From positions 1 to 64,000 of the IMG/VR virus record IMGVR_UViG_3300020191_000008: a stretch of 64,000 bases of DNA. One strand, 5' to 3'. Origin of the DNA: a virus. Lineage: Duplodnaviria > Caudoviricetes. Numbering within the stretch: the first letter of the stretch is position 1; each line of letters opens with the position of its first letter. Shown piece by piece: positions 14,656 through 25,414 of this stretch. The translations under genes and the position numbers were made by a program. Under the pieces are notes generated by a model. That model ran no database searches, was not told where the DNA came from, and worked only from the letters and a program-made list of their open reading frames with translations.

Positions 14656-16617
14656 ATGGCAAAACGTAAGTATACTAAGAGGTCTGAGTATTGGGAAAAA
14701 TTCAAATCTAATACTCCCAATAATAATCTTGAAGAATTAACAAGACAATCTCTTGCCGAAGAGTTTTCTCCAGAATTAGTCGGAGAATCTCTTTATGAAA
14801 CAACTGCTTCTAGGCTTTCTGATTCTAGTAAGCGTTCTAGTTCAAGAACTAACAGTGTTACTCAGAGTTATACTAAAAACAGATTCAAGAATATTGATGA
14901 TGGTTTATTGCCATTTGATTACTCCCGTGATTCAGTAGATGTACGTGATGCTATTCAGCTATGTCAGAAAGCTTACTTTAACGTACCAGCTTTCCGCAGT
15001 ACTATTGATATGTTATCTGATTTCGCTGATTCTGACCTTTATCTAGAAGGCGGTTCTGATAAATCAAGGAACTTTATTAATGCTTGGTTTAAAAGAATTA
15101 AAATACACGATATTAAGTCACAATACTTCCGCGAATACTATAGGTCTGGTAATGTGTTTATGTACCGTGTAGATGGTAGGATTAAAACAAATGATACTGG
15201 TAGGGTTTTAGAGACTTATGGTGCAACTAAAAGTGTGCCTATCCCTATTAAGTATTTAATCATGAACCCTACAGATATTGCTACTAAAGGTTCTATTTCA
15301 TTTAATGATTTTCAATACTTTAAAGTTCTTACTCCATATGAGATTTCTCGACTCAAAGATCCCAAAACTGATCATGAGATTGAGATGTACAACTCTTTAC
15401 CAGAAGATGTTCAAGTAAGAATACAAAATAACACTGCTACTACAACTGAGCGTTTATACATAAAATTAGCATCTGAACTACTACATGTAGTGTTTGCCAA
15501 AAAACAAGACTATGAGCCGCTTTCTGTTCCATATGCTTTCTCTGTCCTTGATGACATCAATAAGAAATTAGAACTTAAGAAAATTGACCAAGCTATTTCT
15601 CGTTCTATTGAGAATGTTGTTTTGTTAGTTACTATGGGTGCAGAGCCTGATAAGGGTGGAGTTAACCATAAAGCCCTGTCTGCTATGCAGAATATCTTTA
15701 AGAACCAAAGCGTTGGTCGTGTTCTTGTATCTGATTATACCACAAAAGCCGATTTTATTATTCCTGATCTCCGAAAAGTAATTGGTCCAGAAAAGTATGA
15801 AATTTTAAACCGTGACATCCAAGAAGGACTTCAGAATGTTTTACTTGGGGATAACAAATACGCAGATGGACAACTTAAGATGAAGATCTTTATCCAGCGT
15901 CTTGAAGAGTCTCGTCAGCAATTTATTCGTGATTTCTTGCAGCCAGAGATCCGTCGAATTTGTAAAGCGGCTGGTATGCGTTCTTGGCCAGAGGTTAATT
16001 TTGTTAAGACTGATACTCTTGATAATTCAGACATGACCAAGCTTGCTACTCGCATGATGGAGCTTGGAGTACTCACTCCACAACAAGGAATGGAAGTTGT
16101 TCATAATGGAGTATTCCCAAAGGCAGAAGATCTAATGTCTGCCCAAGAATCTTTCAAAGAGCAGAGGGAAGAGGGTTACTACATGCCTCTTGTAAATAGC
16201 ATTAATCTCTTTCAAAACGAGGAAGATTCCGAACAAGAACCTCAAGAACAAGCTGCACCTATAGCTCCTTCTGGTGGTCGCCCCATTGGAGTATCTAATT
16301 CTAACTTCTCTAAGAAACATATTGTTGAAGCTACTAAAATGGTTAGTGAGTTTGAATTGAGAGCTTACCGCGACTTTGCTCTTAAGTTTGGTTTAGAAGA
16401 ACTTGATGAAGATCGGAAAGACTTAGTTTCTCGCGCTTGTGAATCAATCATTGTTTCTAAGCCATCAAAAGAGTGGGATGAAACACTATCTAATGTTGTG
16501 GAGAATCTAGATAACCTTTCTGAGTTAAATGTTGACCCTGAAGTTCTAGATATGGGCTCTAAGCATCAGCTTGACGATATGTCTGCTGCAATTTTATATC
16601 ACTCAACTAAAATTTAA
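14656..16617 (+). CDS. portal protein
   Basis: 653 aa between the terminase and the protease/capsid genes; YYRSGNVF segment typical of portals. Confidence 0.8.
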   Translation: MAKRKYTKRSEYWEKFKSNTPNNNLEELTRQSLAEEFSPELVGESLYETTASRLSDSSKRSSSRTNSVTQSYTKNRFKNIDDGLLPFDYSRDSVDVRDAIQLCQKAYFNVPAFRSTIDMLSDFADSDLYLEGGSDKSRNFINAWFKRIKIHDIKSQYFREYYRSGNVFMYRVDGRIKTNDTGRVLETYGATKSVPIPIKYLIMNPTDIATKGSISFNDFQYFKVLTPYEISRLKDPKTDHEIEMYNSLPEDVQVRIQNNTATTTERLYIKLASELLHVVFAKKQDYEPLSVPYAFSVLDDINKKLELKKIDQAISRSIENVVLLVTMGAEPDKGGVNHKALSAMQNIFKNQSVGRVLVSDYTTKADFIIPDLRKVIGPEKYEILNRDIQEGLQNVLLGDNKYADGQLKMKIFIQRLEESRQQFIRDFLQPEIRRICKAAGMRSWPEVNFVKTDTLDNSDMTKLATRMMELGVLTPQQGMEVVHNGVFPKAEDLMSAQESFKEQREEGYYMPLVNSINLFQNEEDSEQEPQEQAAPIAPSGGRPIGVSNSNFSKKHIVEATKMVSEFELRAYRDFALKFGLEELDEDRKDLVSRACESIIVSKPSKEWDETLSNVVENLDNLSELNVDPEVLDMGSKHQLDDMSAAILYHSTKI

Positions 16618-16631
16618 GTGTATAACATTTT

Positions 16632-18155
16632 ATGGATTTAAAAGATTTTGAGGTAAGTAGCTTTGATTGTAACATTAAAGCTCTCAAACAGACTGACTAC
16701 GAGAAGTTCGGAGTATCAGAAGGATCTATCGCAGAGGCAGCTAAATCTCTACTTCCAGAAGATTTTGACCCGTCACAGAATGTTGATGTTTTGCCTGTTG
16801 TCTTCAACTTAGCTTTAGTTAATGAGTTTAACAAGAACGGAGACGGTATTGATTCTGAAACAGCCGTAGCAGCAGTAAAAAGATTTATTAATAAGCCAAT
16901 TAACATTGAACATAAGAAGCATAAAATTGTAGGGCATATGATTAACGCTTCTTTCTCTGTTGATGAGTATGATTTTAAAGATAACGCTATTGAATCATAC
17001 GCTGACAAAAAAGAGCCTTTTTATATTAATGCTGCTGGTTTAATTTACAAAAATATTTTTCCAGAGTTAGCAGAAGCAATTGAAGAAGCTGCCAAAGAAG
17101 AAAATGAAGAATATCAAAGTATTGCTACTAGTTGGGAACTTGCATTTAAGAACTATAAAGTCGTCTATGGATCTAATAGATTGGACGAGTGCCAAGTTGC
17201 CGAAGGTTCACAGGCAGAAGAGTTAAAGCAATATGTAAAGGGCTTTGGAGGCAAAGGTATGGACAAAGATGGAACTCCTGTACATCGATTAATTCATGGT
17301 GAAACTTATCCTTTAGGAGCGGCATTGACATATAAACCTGCTGCTAGAGTTAAAGGAGTTTATACTTCAGAACCAGAGAAAAGTGAAAACAATGTTGATA
17401 ATTCTTTAGCAGAACAAGATAATATTAATATTAAAAATTCCCTAAACAATAAAAACACTGTAACAACAAACAAATTCGATATTTTTGATATGGATAAAGA
17501 ACAATTCGAAACATTAATGACACAAGTTGCAGAAAGCGTAGCTTCCGTTGTCAAGAAGGACGATCAAGCCAGCTCCGTTGGCGAGATTATGCGTGATGCT
17601 CTTACTGAGCATTCCGAAAACTGGAAATCTAAAGTTCAACTTGAAGCAGAAGCCCGTGAAAAGGCTGAAGCAGATCTTGCTGAAATGAAAGCTTCTTTTG
17701 AAGCTGTTCAGTCAGAACTCACTTCTCTCAAATCTGAGATCGAAGCTCAAGCTGCTGTTGAGTTATTTAACTCTCGCATGAACTTTATCGACTCCACTTA
17801 CGAACTTACTGAGGCAGAGCTTCAGTTAGTCGTAGATGAGTTAAAGGTTGTTGAGGCTTCTGAGGAAGCTTTTGATGCCTTTAAAGGGAAACTTTCTATT
17901 CTTTTTGCAAGCAAGACCAAAGAGGCCATTGCTGCTCAAGAAGAGGCTGTTAAAGCTAAAATCGAAGAAGCTATTGCTTCCAAGATGGCTGAAGAGGCTA
18001 CTGAAGAGCAAGAAGAAGTTAAGGCTAGTGAAGATGAGCTGGAAGTTGAAGAGGTTGAAGCCCCTTCTATTCCTAACAACAACGCTGAGGCCTCAGAACA
18101 AATCTCTTTAGTTGAAAAACTAAAAGAAAACTTCTCTGTTGAAGTTACTAAATAA
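16632..18155 (+). CDS. prohead protease-scaffold fusion
   Basis: N-terminal NKNGD/INIEH...SWE protease-like domain; C-terminal Glu/Ala-rich coiled coil. Confidence 0.75.
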   Translation: MDLKDFEVSSFDCNIKALKQTDYEKFGVSEGSIAEAAKSLLPEDFDPSQNVDVLPVVFNLALVNEFNKNGDGIDSETAVAAVKRFINKPINIEHKKHKIVGHMINASFSVDEYDFKDNAIESYADKKEPFYINAAGLIYKNIFPELAEAIEEAAKEENEEYQSIATSWELAFKNYKVVYGSNRLDECQVAEGSQAEELKQYVKGFGGKGMDKDGTPVHRLIHGETYPLGAALTYKPAARVKGVYTSEPEKSENNVDNSLAEQDNINIKNSLNNKNTVTTNKFDIFDMDKEQFETLMTQVAESVASVVKKDDQASSVGEIMRDALTEHSENWKSKVQLEAEAREKAEADLAEMKASFEAVQSELTSLKSEIEAQAAVELFNSRMNFIDSTYELTEAELQLVVDELKVVEASEEAFDAFKGKLSILFASKTKEAIAAQEEAVKAKIEEAIASKMAEEATEEQEEVKASEDELEVEEVEAPSIPNNNAEASEQISLVEKLKENFSVEVTK

Positions 18156-18178
18156 AAATCTAATTACAAATAAATATT

Positions 18179-18757
18179 ATGGCTAATGAAATTACTAACT
18201 TGTTGCCTTTCCGTCAATATGATGACAACGATGTTGTCAACATGTTCGCTATGGAAGGTACAAATAAAGGGGCAGGACTTATTGTTAAAGTCTCTGCCGC
18301 CAACCTTAACGAAGATCTTGTTGATCTCGTCGATGGTGGAGGCGAATTCCTGACTTCTCAGGGTAACGCTTATTCTCCACTTTCTGTTAACCCACTTCGT
18401 GTGGAAGCTGCTGGATCTGGAGATTCTGCTCTTGGAATTCTTCTTCGTGACGTTCGTGACACTGACGAAAACGGTGAGAAACTTCGTTTCTACCCACAAA
18501 AGAAAGAAGAGCTTCAGTGCGTTCTTTCTGGAGAGTCCGTCCCTGTTGCAACCAAAGGTATCTTCACTTTCATGGATGATGCATTTACTGGTTCTGTTGT
18601 TCCTGCTGTTGGAACTGACGTTTATGGGCACGCTGGTGGAAAACTTGGTGTTGCTGGTGGTACTGCTGTTAAAGTCGGTCAAGTCCTTGCAACTGGAACT
18701 CGTGCTGCTGGTGATACTCACGCAGGAGACTACGCAATCGTTAACATCAACCTCTAA
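18179..18757 (+). CDS. capsid decoration/cement protein
   Basis: Gly/Val-rich 192-aa protein directly before the MCP, with the same high-expression codon bias. Confidence 0.65.
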   Translation: MANEITNLLPFRQYDDNDVVNMFAMEGTNKGAGLIVKVSAANLNEDLVDLVDGGGEFLTSQGNAYSPLSVNPLRVEAAGSGDSALGILLRDVRDTDENGEKLRFYPQKKEELQCVLSGESVPVATKGIFTFMDDAFTGSVVPAVGTDVYGHAGGKLGVAGGTAVKVGQVLATGTRAAGDTHAGDYAIVNINL

Positions 18758-18772
18758 TTTTACTCACAGATT

Positions 18773-19888
18773 ATGAAAATTACTATTAAAAGAACTGAAG
18801 ATCAGTTAGCCCTTGTTCGCGCAATGGGTTCGAATAATCGTGAGGAGGCTTACGAAGCACAGGCAGCTGTTGCAGAACTTCTTGGACCTGTGGTCACTGA
18901 AGTTATCAACAACGCTGTGACTGTTGGAAATCTTTTCACCACCCTGACTTATCAGGCTGATGATAATCCATCTCTTCCTCTTGACCTTTTCCACGATGTT
19001 ACTGAAGAAGATTATGTACAGGTTTATTCCCAGCAAGTCGCTGGTGGACTTCCTTACAACCAAGTCTTCCCAGCTCATAACGAGCTGAAGTTTAGCACTT
19101 ACACTCTCGACAGCGCACTCGCTTTCGACCGTAAGTATGCTAAGAAGGCTCGCGTTGATGTGGTTTCCAAGACCTTTACTCGTATGGCTCAAGAGGTTAT
19201 GCTCAAGCAGGAGCGCACTGCGTTCAACGTGCTTGCTACCGCTCTCGTTGGTGGAGATAGCCTCACTGCTACCGAAGGAGATCATATTATCTCTGCCGCA
19301 GGATCGACTCTGCTTCTTGATGACTTGAATCAGTTGATCACTACCTCTAAGCGTATCAACAGCTCTTTCGTTGGTGGTACTCCAGTTGGTGGTTCTAAAG
19401 TTGGTGTGACTGATTTGCTTGTTTCTCCTGAAGCAGTTGCAGACATTCGCGCCATGGCTTACAACCCAATCAACACCACGAAAGCTCTTGGTGGAACTAT
19501 CTCTACCGATGCTGCTTCTAATGGACTTGCTGCTCCAGAAGATCTTCGCTCTCAGCTTTATAGCGGTGCTGGTCTTCCAAGCTTCTATGGTATCAATATC
19601 ATTGAAGTTCTTGAAATGGGTAGTGGACAGCGTTTCAATAAGATCTTTGATGCTGTTAAGGGTAGCGTGAGCTTCACTGAAGCTTCTGATCAGATCCTTA
19701 TCGGTATCGACCGTTCTCGTGACGCTCTTATCCGTCCTGTTGTTCTTGACGAAGGTTCAACTGGTGAACTCAACGTTCTCGTTGACGACCAGTTCTCTGT
19801 CCGTCAGAATAAGATTGGTTACTATGGTAAAGTTGAAGAGGGTCGCGTCTGTATTGACGACCGCGCTCTTTGCGGAATCATCCTCTAA
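18773..19888 (+). CDS. major capsid protein (HK97-fold inferred)
   Basis: 371 aa, strong codon bias, canonical position, followed by a strong terminator. Confidence 0.85.
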   Translation: MKITIKRTEDQLALVRAMGSNNREEAYEAQAAVAELLGPVVTEVINNAVTVGNLFTTLTYQADDNPSLPLDLFHDVTEEDYVQVYSQQVAGGLPYNQVFPAHNELKFSTYTLDSALAFDRKYAKKARVDVVSKTFTRMAQEVMLKQERTAFNVLATALVGGDSLTATEGDHIISAAGSTLLLDDLNQLITTSKRINSSFVGGTPVGGSKVGVTDLLVSPEAVADIRAMAYNPINTTKALGGTISTDAASNGLAAPEDLRSQLYSGAGLPSFYGINIIEVLEMGSGQRFNKIFDAVKGSVSFTEASDQILIGIDRSRDALIRPVVLDEGSTGELNVLVDDQFSVRQNKIGYYGKVEEGRVCIDDRALCGIIL

Positions 19889-19908
19889 TAGAGGTTTCCT
19901 AAATTTAG

Positions 19909-19939
19909 GAGTCGCCCTACGGGGCGGCTCTTTTTTTTT
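19909..19939 (+). terminator. intrinsic terminator after MCP
   Basis: GAGTCGCCC-TACG-GGGCGGCTC-T9. Confidence 0.9.
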
Positions 19940-19971
19940 GATTTTTTTAGTGTAATAGTTTATTATAAGTT

Positions 19972-20343
19972 ATGGCAGATCAAGAAAACCTACAAGGGTT
20001 CCATTTTGCTGATGGAAAAAATCACGAAGACAAAGGCGAAAGAATTGAAAAAGCTAGGGAGCTTGAAGATCTACTAGGGATTAAAGATATGAACCCCTAC
20101 AAAACTTTAGATAAAGAAATATTTGCTGAAACTTTAGCTTCTATGTCTATTTCTCAGATGACTGAGTTAGCTCAAAGGGTTGGAATTTCAGGAATGGAAA
20201 TGGGGTCTAAACCTTCTTTGAAAAAGGCATTAGAGAAATCTTTTGATATTTATTTGAGGCAGCACAATGTTTCTGTTGCTGGATCACCTAAACCAGTAAT
20301 CTCTACTGAAGACCCAGAAGTTAAGAAGCTGTTTGAGCTATAG
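19972..20343 (+). CDS. hypothetical protein
   Basis: ORF in the head-completion region with a GTGTA motif upstream. Confidence 0.8.
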   Translation: MADQENLQGFHFADGKNHEDKGERIEKARELEDLLGIKDMNPYKTLDKEIFAETLASMSISQMTELAQRVGISGMEMGSKPSLKKALEKSFDIYLRQHNVSVAGSPKPVISTEDPEVKKLFEL

Positions 20344-20380
20344 AGTTCCCTAAATGCTTGTTTTGCTGTAAGATTATTTA

Positions 20381-20902
20381 ATGAATGATCTTGGCTCACT
20401 AGCAACAAAAATAGTCAATTACGAATTTTCAGAAGATAGACAGAGGTTTCCTGTGTCTTATGTTTCTGGTTGGCTTGAGACCAACATTGGAGAACTTAAT
20501 GGCCTCACCAATGAAGAATTTTATGTTAATGATACTGGTGCTATAGAAATTGCTACAGGATCAGGTTTATTACCAATTGAAGAAAATATTCTTTCCACAC
20601 TATATCAGATTCACTACTATGAGAAAGCAGCTAGGGATTCTCTGCGTGGATTTACTTATGGGGGAGATACTGACTGGATTACCCTCAAAGAAGGTGATAC
20701 TACTATTCAGAGACAAAACAAAAACTCCGTTGCTAAAACATATAGAGATTTAAAGGTTGATGCTACTGATAGGCTAAATGATTTGGTAGGACGTTATAAC
20801 CAATACAAGTCTTCTCCATTGCAGGTATTTGGTCGAGATGGAATTGAGCCAATTGACAGCATTGATTCTTATCAACCTACAAGCTCTTATAGATCATACT
20901 AA
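20381..20902 (+). CDS. putative head-tail adaptor
   Basis: Position and size; function inferred. Confidence 0.55.
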   Translation: MNDLGSLATKIVNYEFSEDRQRFPVSYVSGWLETNIGELNGLTNEEFYVNDTGAIEIATGSGLLPIEENILSTLYQIHYYEKAARDSLRGFTYGGDTDWITLKEGDTTIQRQNKNSVAKTYRDLKVDATDRLNDLVGRYNQYKSSPLQVFGRDGIEPIDSIDSYQPTSSYRSY

Positions 20903-21351
20903 TGGCTTCACTACTTACATCTGCTCAAAAGTCAGCAATACAAAGTGCATTAAGCGAAGTACACGATACTTTTGCCAGAGACATTTATGTCTACATAGAA
21001 AAGAAGGTTACTACGAGACCTGCTAATTTGAACTACAATCCATTGTACGGCAGGACTAAGGATGATTCTAAGTTGAGTTCGCAAACTACGCTAGTCAAGC
21101 ACACAGTGCAAGCTAGGGTCAGCTACGCGCCAAATCAGGGCGAGTCTATTATAGACGCTGGGGCACAATTTAATTTAACCGCTTCTCATGGTAAAGTGAG
21201 AATAAAAGTTGATTCAGATGGTTACGAAAAAGTAAAAGATTCTACTAGGATTGAAATTGATGACAATTTATTTATTGTAGATACTGACGCAAAAAATGTG
21301 GGGCCATTCTCGACTCAATACTATACTGTATTCCTTAAAAGAGAAAACTAA
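20902..21351 (+). CDS. putative head closure protein
   Basis: Coupled, beta-rich 149 aa; position-based. Confidence 0.55.
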   Translation: MASLLTSAQKSAIQSALSEVHDTFARDIYVYIEKKVTTRPANLNYNPLYGRTKDDSKLSSQTTLVKHTVQARVSYAPNQGESIIDAGAQFNLTASHGKVRIKVDSDGYEKVKDSTRIEIDDNLFIVDTDAKNVGPFSTQYYTVFLKREN

Positions 21352-21995
21352 TGGCTAAACCGTTTATATCTGCGACTAAATTTAAAGTTACTGTAAATCA
21401 AGCTGATCTCCTTCAAGAGATCACTGCTGGTAGAAATGGTAAGGTTACTGGACGAGAAATAAGAAAGTATGTTTTGCCAATTATTGAAGAAGCTCAAGAA
21501 AAATTAATTAAAGATTTTTACAATCATTCTGTTACTAAGGAGATAAAAGCTGGGCCGACTGCTTCTAACAGCTCTGGCACTTTGAATGGTTATGGTAACC
21601 TTTTTTCATTTATTGGTTTTAATAAAGGAGAAGACCCAATAGCAGCAATTGGCAAAGTTATAAGACAAAAGCTTTTAGTAACAGTTAGGGCAATCTCTAA
21701 TGGAAGGTTTAGAATATCTATAGCTAACCCCCCTTCCAAAGAGGAGTTTTTTAGCGTATCCCAAATACCTTGGGCAAGTGGTTCTAGCTGGGCAGAAGGA
21801 ATAGAAAAGGGAATGTCTAATTTGGGCTCCTTCTTATATAAAGAACGTGGAATTCGCGGTTCTTCTGCTGGTTCTTTCTCTAGATCAGGCACTGGTATTC
21901 AGATCAAAAATAATTTAAGGGCTGCTAGCTTCAGGACTCAGCCTTACATATCTAAATTAGTAGATAAGTTCTATAAAGATGTTACAAAATTTTAA
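21351..21995 (+). CDS. putative neck protein
   Basis: Basic protein between the head closure and tail terminator genes. Confidence 0.5.
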   Translation: MAKPFISATKFKVTVNQADLLQEITAGRNGKVTGREIRKYVLPIIEEAQEKLIKDFYNHSVTKEIKAGPTASNSSGTLNGYGNLFSFIGFNKGEDPIAAIGKVIRQKLLVTVRAISNGRFRISIANPPSKEEFFSVSQIPWASGSSWAEGIEKGMSNLGSFLYKERGIRGSSAGSFSRSGTGIQIKNNLRAASFRTQPYISKLVDKFYKDVTKF

Positions 21996-21998
21996 AAA

Positions 21999-22877
21999 AT
22001 GAAAGCTCAATTTGATCAAAATTTATTGTCTAGTTTTTACTTGTGGTTAGAGAATCGTTTGTTAAAATCTGACACAAAAGCTTATCTTACGGGATTAGAA
22101 AATAATTTTCGTTATGTGGATTTCGATGACATTCCTACTGATATGGTTGGGTATCAGGGGGAATATCGACAGCTTGTAGCTGATTATGACGTTGATGTGG
22201 TTAATTCTGGTTTTTTTGTTGGAAATGCTTTTATTACAGGAGATTCTAGCGCTAACGGAAGCGTATATACAGATTACAATAATGGCCGCATCTTATTCCC
22301 TTCGGCTTCTGGGACTGGGTTGAGCGTTTCTGGCACGTATTCAGTAAAGGAGGTTAATACTTATATTTCTCATGATGATGATCTAGAATTTTTGGTACAC
22401 TCTGATTTTATTGAGAATGGTCAAGATTCTCCTTATTTTTACAATGAAACTGGAATTCTTGATAAAGGATCTTATTTCCTTCCAGCCTGTTTTATTTCCC
22501 TAGCTTCTTCTGAGAATGAAGAGTTTTCATTTGGTGGAGAAGAAAATACTCAAAGTAGAGTCCGTGTTATGGTTCTCACAAAAGATTCTTATATTTTAGA
22601 CTCTGTGATTTCTAGACTTAGAGATACCGTAAGGGAAAAGGTGACTCATGTTCCTTATGAGGATTTTCCATACGCTTATTCTTATTCTGTTAAGGATTTC
22701 CCTTATACTTATACTGGTATTGTGGGAGATCAAGGAGATAGTCCATTATGTTCTTATATTGATCGCGTTACTGCTTCTAAGGTTGTTTCTGAAGCTTTGC
22801 GGGAAAAACTCAATAAAGATTTCTCTATAGCATTCTTAGATTTTGATTTATCGACATATCGTTTCCCAAGATTATGA
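21999..22877 (+). CDS. putative tail terminator/completion protein
   Basis: Immediately before the tail tube gene; acidic. Confidence 0.5.
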   Translation: MKAQFDQNLLSSFYLWLENRLLKSDTKAYLTGLENNFRYVDFDDIPTDMVGYQGEYRQLVADYDVDVVNSGFFVGNAFITGDSSANGSVYTDYNNGRILFPSASGTGLSVSGTYSVKEVNTYISHDDDLEFLVHSDFIENGQDSPYFYNETGILDKGSYFLPACFISLASSENEEFSFGGEENTQSRVRVMVLTKDSYILDSVISRLRDTVREKVTHVPYEDFPYAYSYSVKDFPYTYTGIVGDQGDSPLCSYIDRVTASKVVSEALREKLNKDFSIAFLDFDLSTYRFPRL

Positions 22878-22911
22878 TCTAGTGTATTTAATGTAAACCT
22901 TTTAATTTAAT

Positions 22912-24132
22912 ATGGCTTCAAGAACAAGAGTAATTTCACAGAATAAAGCAGTATATGTTACACCCACTGGTTGGGATATTACTGGTACAGGTGGTAAGTA
23001 TAAAATGGTAAGTGGTCATCAACTACACAGGGTTGATACTTTATCATTTGATATGGATTTGGCTGGCGCTCGTCAAGATGTTAGAGAATTTGGACAATTA
23101 GCAAGAATCGGAACTGTTTCTCTTACTGAGATTAACCCTACTCTTAGTTTCGGTTATTTTTTAGGGGACGGAGAAAATGAGTTAGCCCTTGGATTTACCA
23201 AATCAAAGACTGGAGTAGGTGGTTTTACTGGCCAAATGGCTTCTGGTATGTTGGTCGAAGATCCAATTCTTTCAGAAAGAAATGTTTTTGTCCTAACTGC
23301 TACAGAAGGAGGAGATGCCTTTAACTCGGATGTTTACGAAACTGAGGCAGAAAGTCATGATGTAGTAGGATTTGGAAACTGCTTTGTTAGTAGTTATTCT
23401 GCGAACTTTAATGTTGGAGAAATCCCACGAGCCGACATTGAAATGCAAGCTTCTAATATTGTTTTTTGGACAGGGATGCATTCTGGTTTGTATAGTCCTT
23501 CCCTAAACTTAGAAGGCGAAAGAGACTTCACTGGCGTTGTTAAACTCCCAGCTCCTGATACTGGGAGCATGGACACTCTTGTTCTTAGGCCCCAAGACGT
23601 TTCTATTTCCTTCTCTAAGCAAGGCATGATTACGGGTGATGGATCAATTAAAGGTATTGGAGGAACTACTAGTTTCAACGATCTTCCCGTTCAAACCGCT
23701 TCTGTTGAGCTCCCATTAGCCCGTGAAGTTATTGAGTCTCTTGGTAACGAACTTGCTTACGCAAAACTTCTTGAGTTCCCAATTGATGTTACCTTGAGTG
23801 TTAGCGCGTTAGTACGTGAGTTTGGGGCTGGAGCACTTGAATATGCTCTCACTGGAACAGCTGGAAATATTGAGACTAATGTTACCTTGAATGTAACAAA
23901 TGGATCTTCTACTAGGATGAAGTATGAGCTCAAAAAAGCGGTTTTAGATAATCAGTCTTTCTCTCAGGGATTAGATGATAACGAAACAGTTGATCTCACT
24001 TTCTCCGCTCAAATCGGAGGAGCTACTACAGATGATCAAGGAATATTCTTATTCAACAAGGACAGTGTAAACGCCCCTCCTTTCAATGTTGTAAGCGGTG
24101 AAGCTCATGCTAATCAACCGATTTCAGTATAA
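22912..24132 (+). CDS. major tail (tube) protein
   Basis: 406-aa Gly/Thr/Ser beta-rich protein with its own GTGTA motif and terminator, upstream of the chaperones and tape measure. Confidence 0.75.
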   Translation: MASRTRVISQNKAVYVTPTGWDITGTGGKYKMVSGHQLHRVDTLSFDMDLAGARQDVREFGQLARIGTVSLTEINPTLSFGYFLGDGENELALGFTKSKTGVGGFTGQMASGMLVEDPILSERNVFVLTATEGGDAFNSDVYETEAESHDVVGFGNCFVSSYSANFNVGEIPRADIEMQASNIVFWTGMHSGLYSPSLNLEGERDFTGVVKLPAPDTGSMDTLVLRPQDVSISFSKQGMITGDGSIKGIGGTTSFNDLPVQTASVELPLAREVIESLGNELAYAKLLEFPIDVTLSVSALVREFGAGALEYALTGTAGNIETNVTLNVTNGSSTRMKYELKKAVLDNQSFSQGLDDNETVDLTFSAQIGGATTDDQGIFLFNKDSVNAPPFNVVSGEAHANQPISV

Positions 24133-24155
24133 GTTGTAAATAAATTCAAATAAAC

Positions 24156-24190
24156 AAACAAGCCTCATCGTAAGATGGGGCTTGTTTTTT
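24156..24190 (+). terminator. intrinsic terminator after tail tube gene
   Basis: AAACAAGCCTCATC-GTAA-GATGGGGCTTGTTT plus a T-run. Confidence 0.9.
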
Positions 24191-24206
24191 GTGTAATAAA
24201 TAGGGA

Positions 24207-24578
24207 ATGAAAGTTTATCAAAGAGTAACTGGACATGAAAAATCAATTACAAATTTCGAAGTTGTAGTCGATGATACTTATTCTGGATTTTCTATACTCG
24301 CTGGGACAGCAACAGAAGAAGGCGACGATTTAACAAATATTTCTTACGGATTCAATGGCTACGAAGGATATATTTTTGATTTTTCTGGTCGGTTTGTTGG
24401 GGGTTACTCTAAAGATATCCCAATAAATATATCAGTTCATATGAAAGATGATAATACTTATTCTTACTTCATAAACGATGCTTTAATATGTAATAATATG
24501 GATGGGATTACAGGATTCAACAGCATTGAATTTAACAAACATGGAGATTCATCTATATTTATCGAATATATAGCCTAG
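24207..24578 (+). CDS. hypothetical beta-rich virion-associated protein
   Basis: ORF with a GTGTA motif upstream. Confidence 0.7.
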   Translation: MKVYQRVTGHEKSITNFEVVVDDTYSGFSILAGTATEEGDDLTNISYGFNGYEGYIFDFSGRFVGGYSKDIPINISVHMKDDNTYSYFINDALICNNMDGITGFNSIEFNKHGDSSIFIEYIA

Positions 24579-24625
24579 TAAGAATTGAATTATCTTTTTT
24601 TTTACTTATAATAAATAGTAGAAGT

Positions 24626-25414
24626 ATGAAAGACCTGTATTCGTTTGAGATCAAAAGAAAAGTCAAAGAAAAAATCGCTTACAATAAGGAAGATAAAAAT
24701 GGTAAGATTGTAGAAGCCTTTAAGACTAAGACTAAAACACTTTCCAACAAGGTTATTTTTAAAAAACCTTCTTTTTCAGACATTGAAGATGCCGAGTTTT
24801 TTTACGGCCAAAAATACAATGAATTTATTAATTCTGGTTATCTAACTAGACTCATGCTCAATAAGAAAATTGGAGACATGGGGGGATCTTCTTCCAAACT
24901 TTCCGACGAACTTATTCAAAAAGCATTCTTAGATAATCTAGAAGCATCAAAAGTAATTGAGTTTTACGAAGGTCAAAAGGGATTAAATAAAGAACAGGAA
25001 AGCAAACTTTCTGAAGCAAAGAAGACATTCGCATCAACACAAAAAACCATCTCAGATTTCGAGTCTTTTCATAGGAGCCAATATGACCAAACAGCAGAGG
25101 CAAAAGCTGAACAAAAGATAATTGAGTGGTTTATTTTCAATTTTTCATTTTATGAGGATGAGATAGACGGAAAAAAAGAAGAATTCCCTATTTTTGAAGG
25201 GGATTACTATGAAGATAAAAGATCTCATTATTTAAGCCTATGTGAAGATGAAGAAGATATTGAAGATAAATCATTATTGAAGAATAAAGGAATTTTTGAT
25301 CAATCTTTTGAAACCTTGGCTAAAGTAGCTAACCTGTGGTATAACAAAATGGGTTCTAATCAAAAGGAAATTGAGAAATCTTTGGAAGAAGTTTTTCCTT
25401 TAATTGATGAATAA
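24626..25414 (+). CDS. putative tail assembly chaperone 1
   Basis: Helical acidic protein between the tube and tape measure genes. Confidence 0.5.
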   Translation: MKDLYSFEIKRKVKEKIAYNKEDKNGKIVEAFKTKTKTLSNKVIFKKPSFSDIEDAEFFYGQKYNEFINSGYLTRLMLNKKIGDMGGSSSKLSDELIQKAFLDNLEASKVIEFYEGQKGLNKEQESKLSEAKKTFASTQKTISDFESFHRSQYDQTAEAKAEQKIIEWFIFNFSFYEDEIDGKKEEFPIFEGDYYEDKRSHYLSLCEDEEDIEDKSLLKNKGIFDQSFETLAKVANLWYNKMGSNQKEIEKSLEEVFPLIDE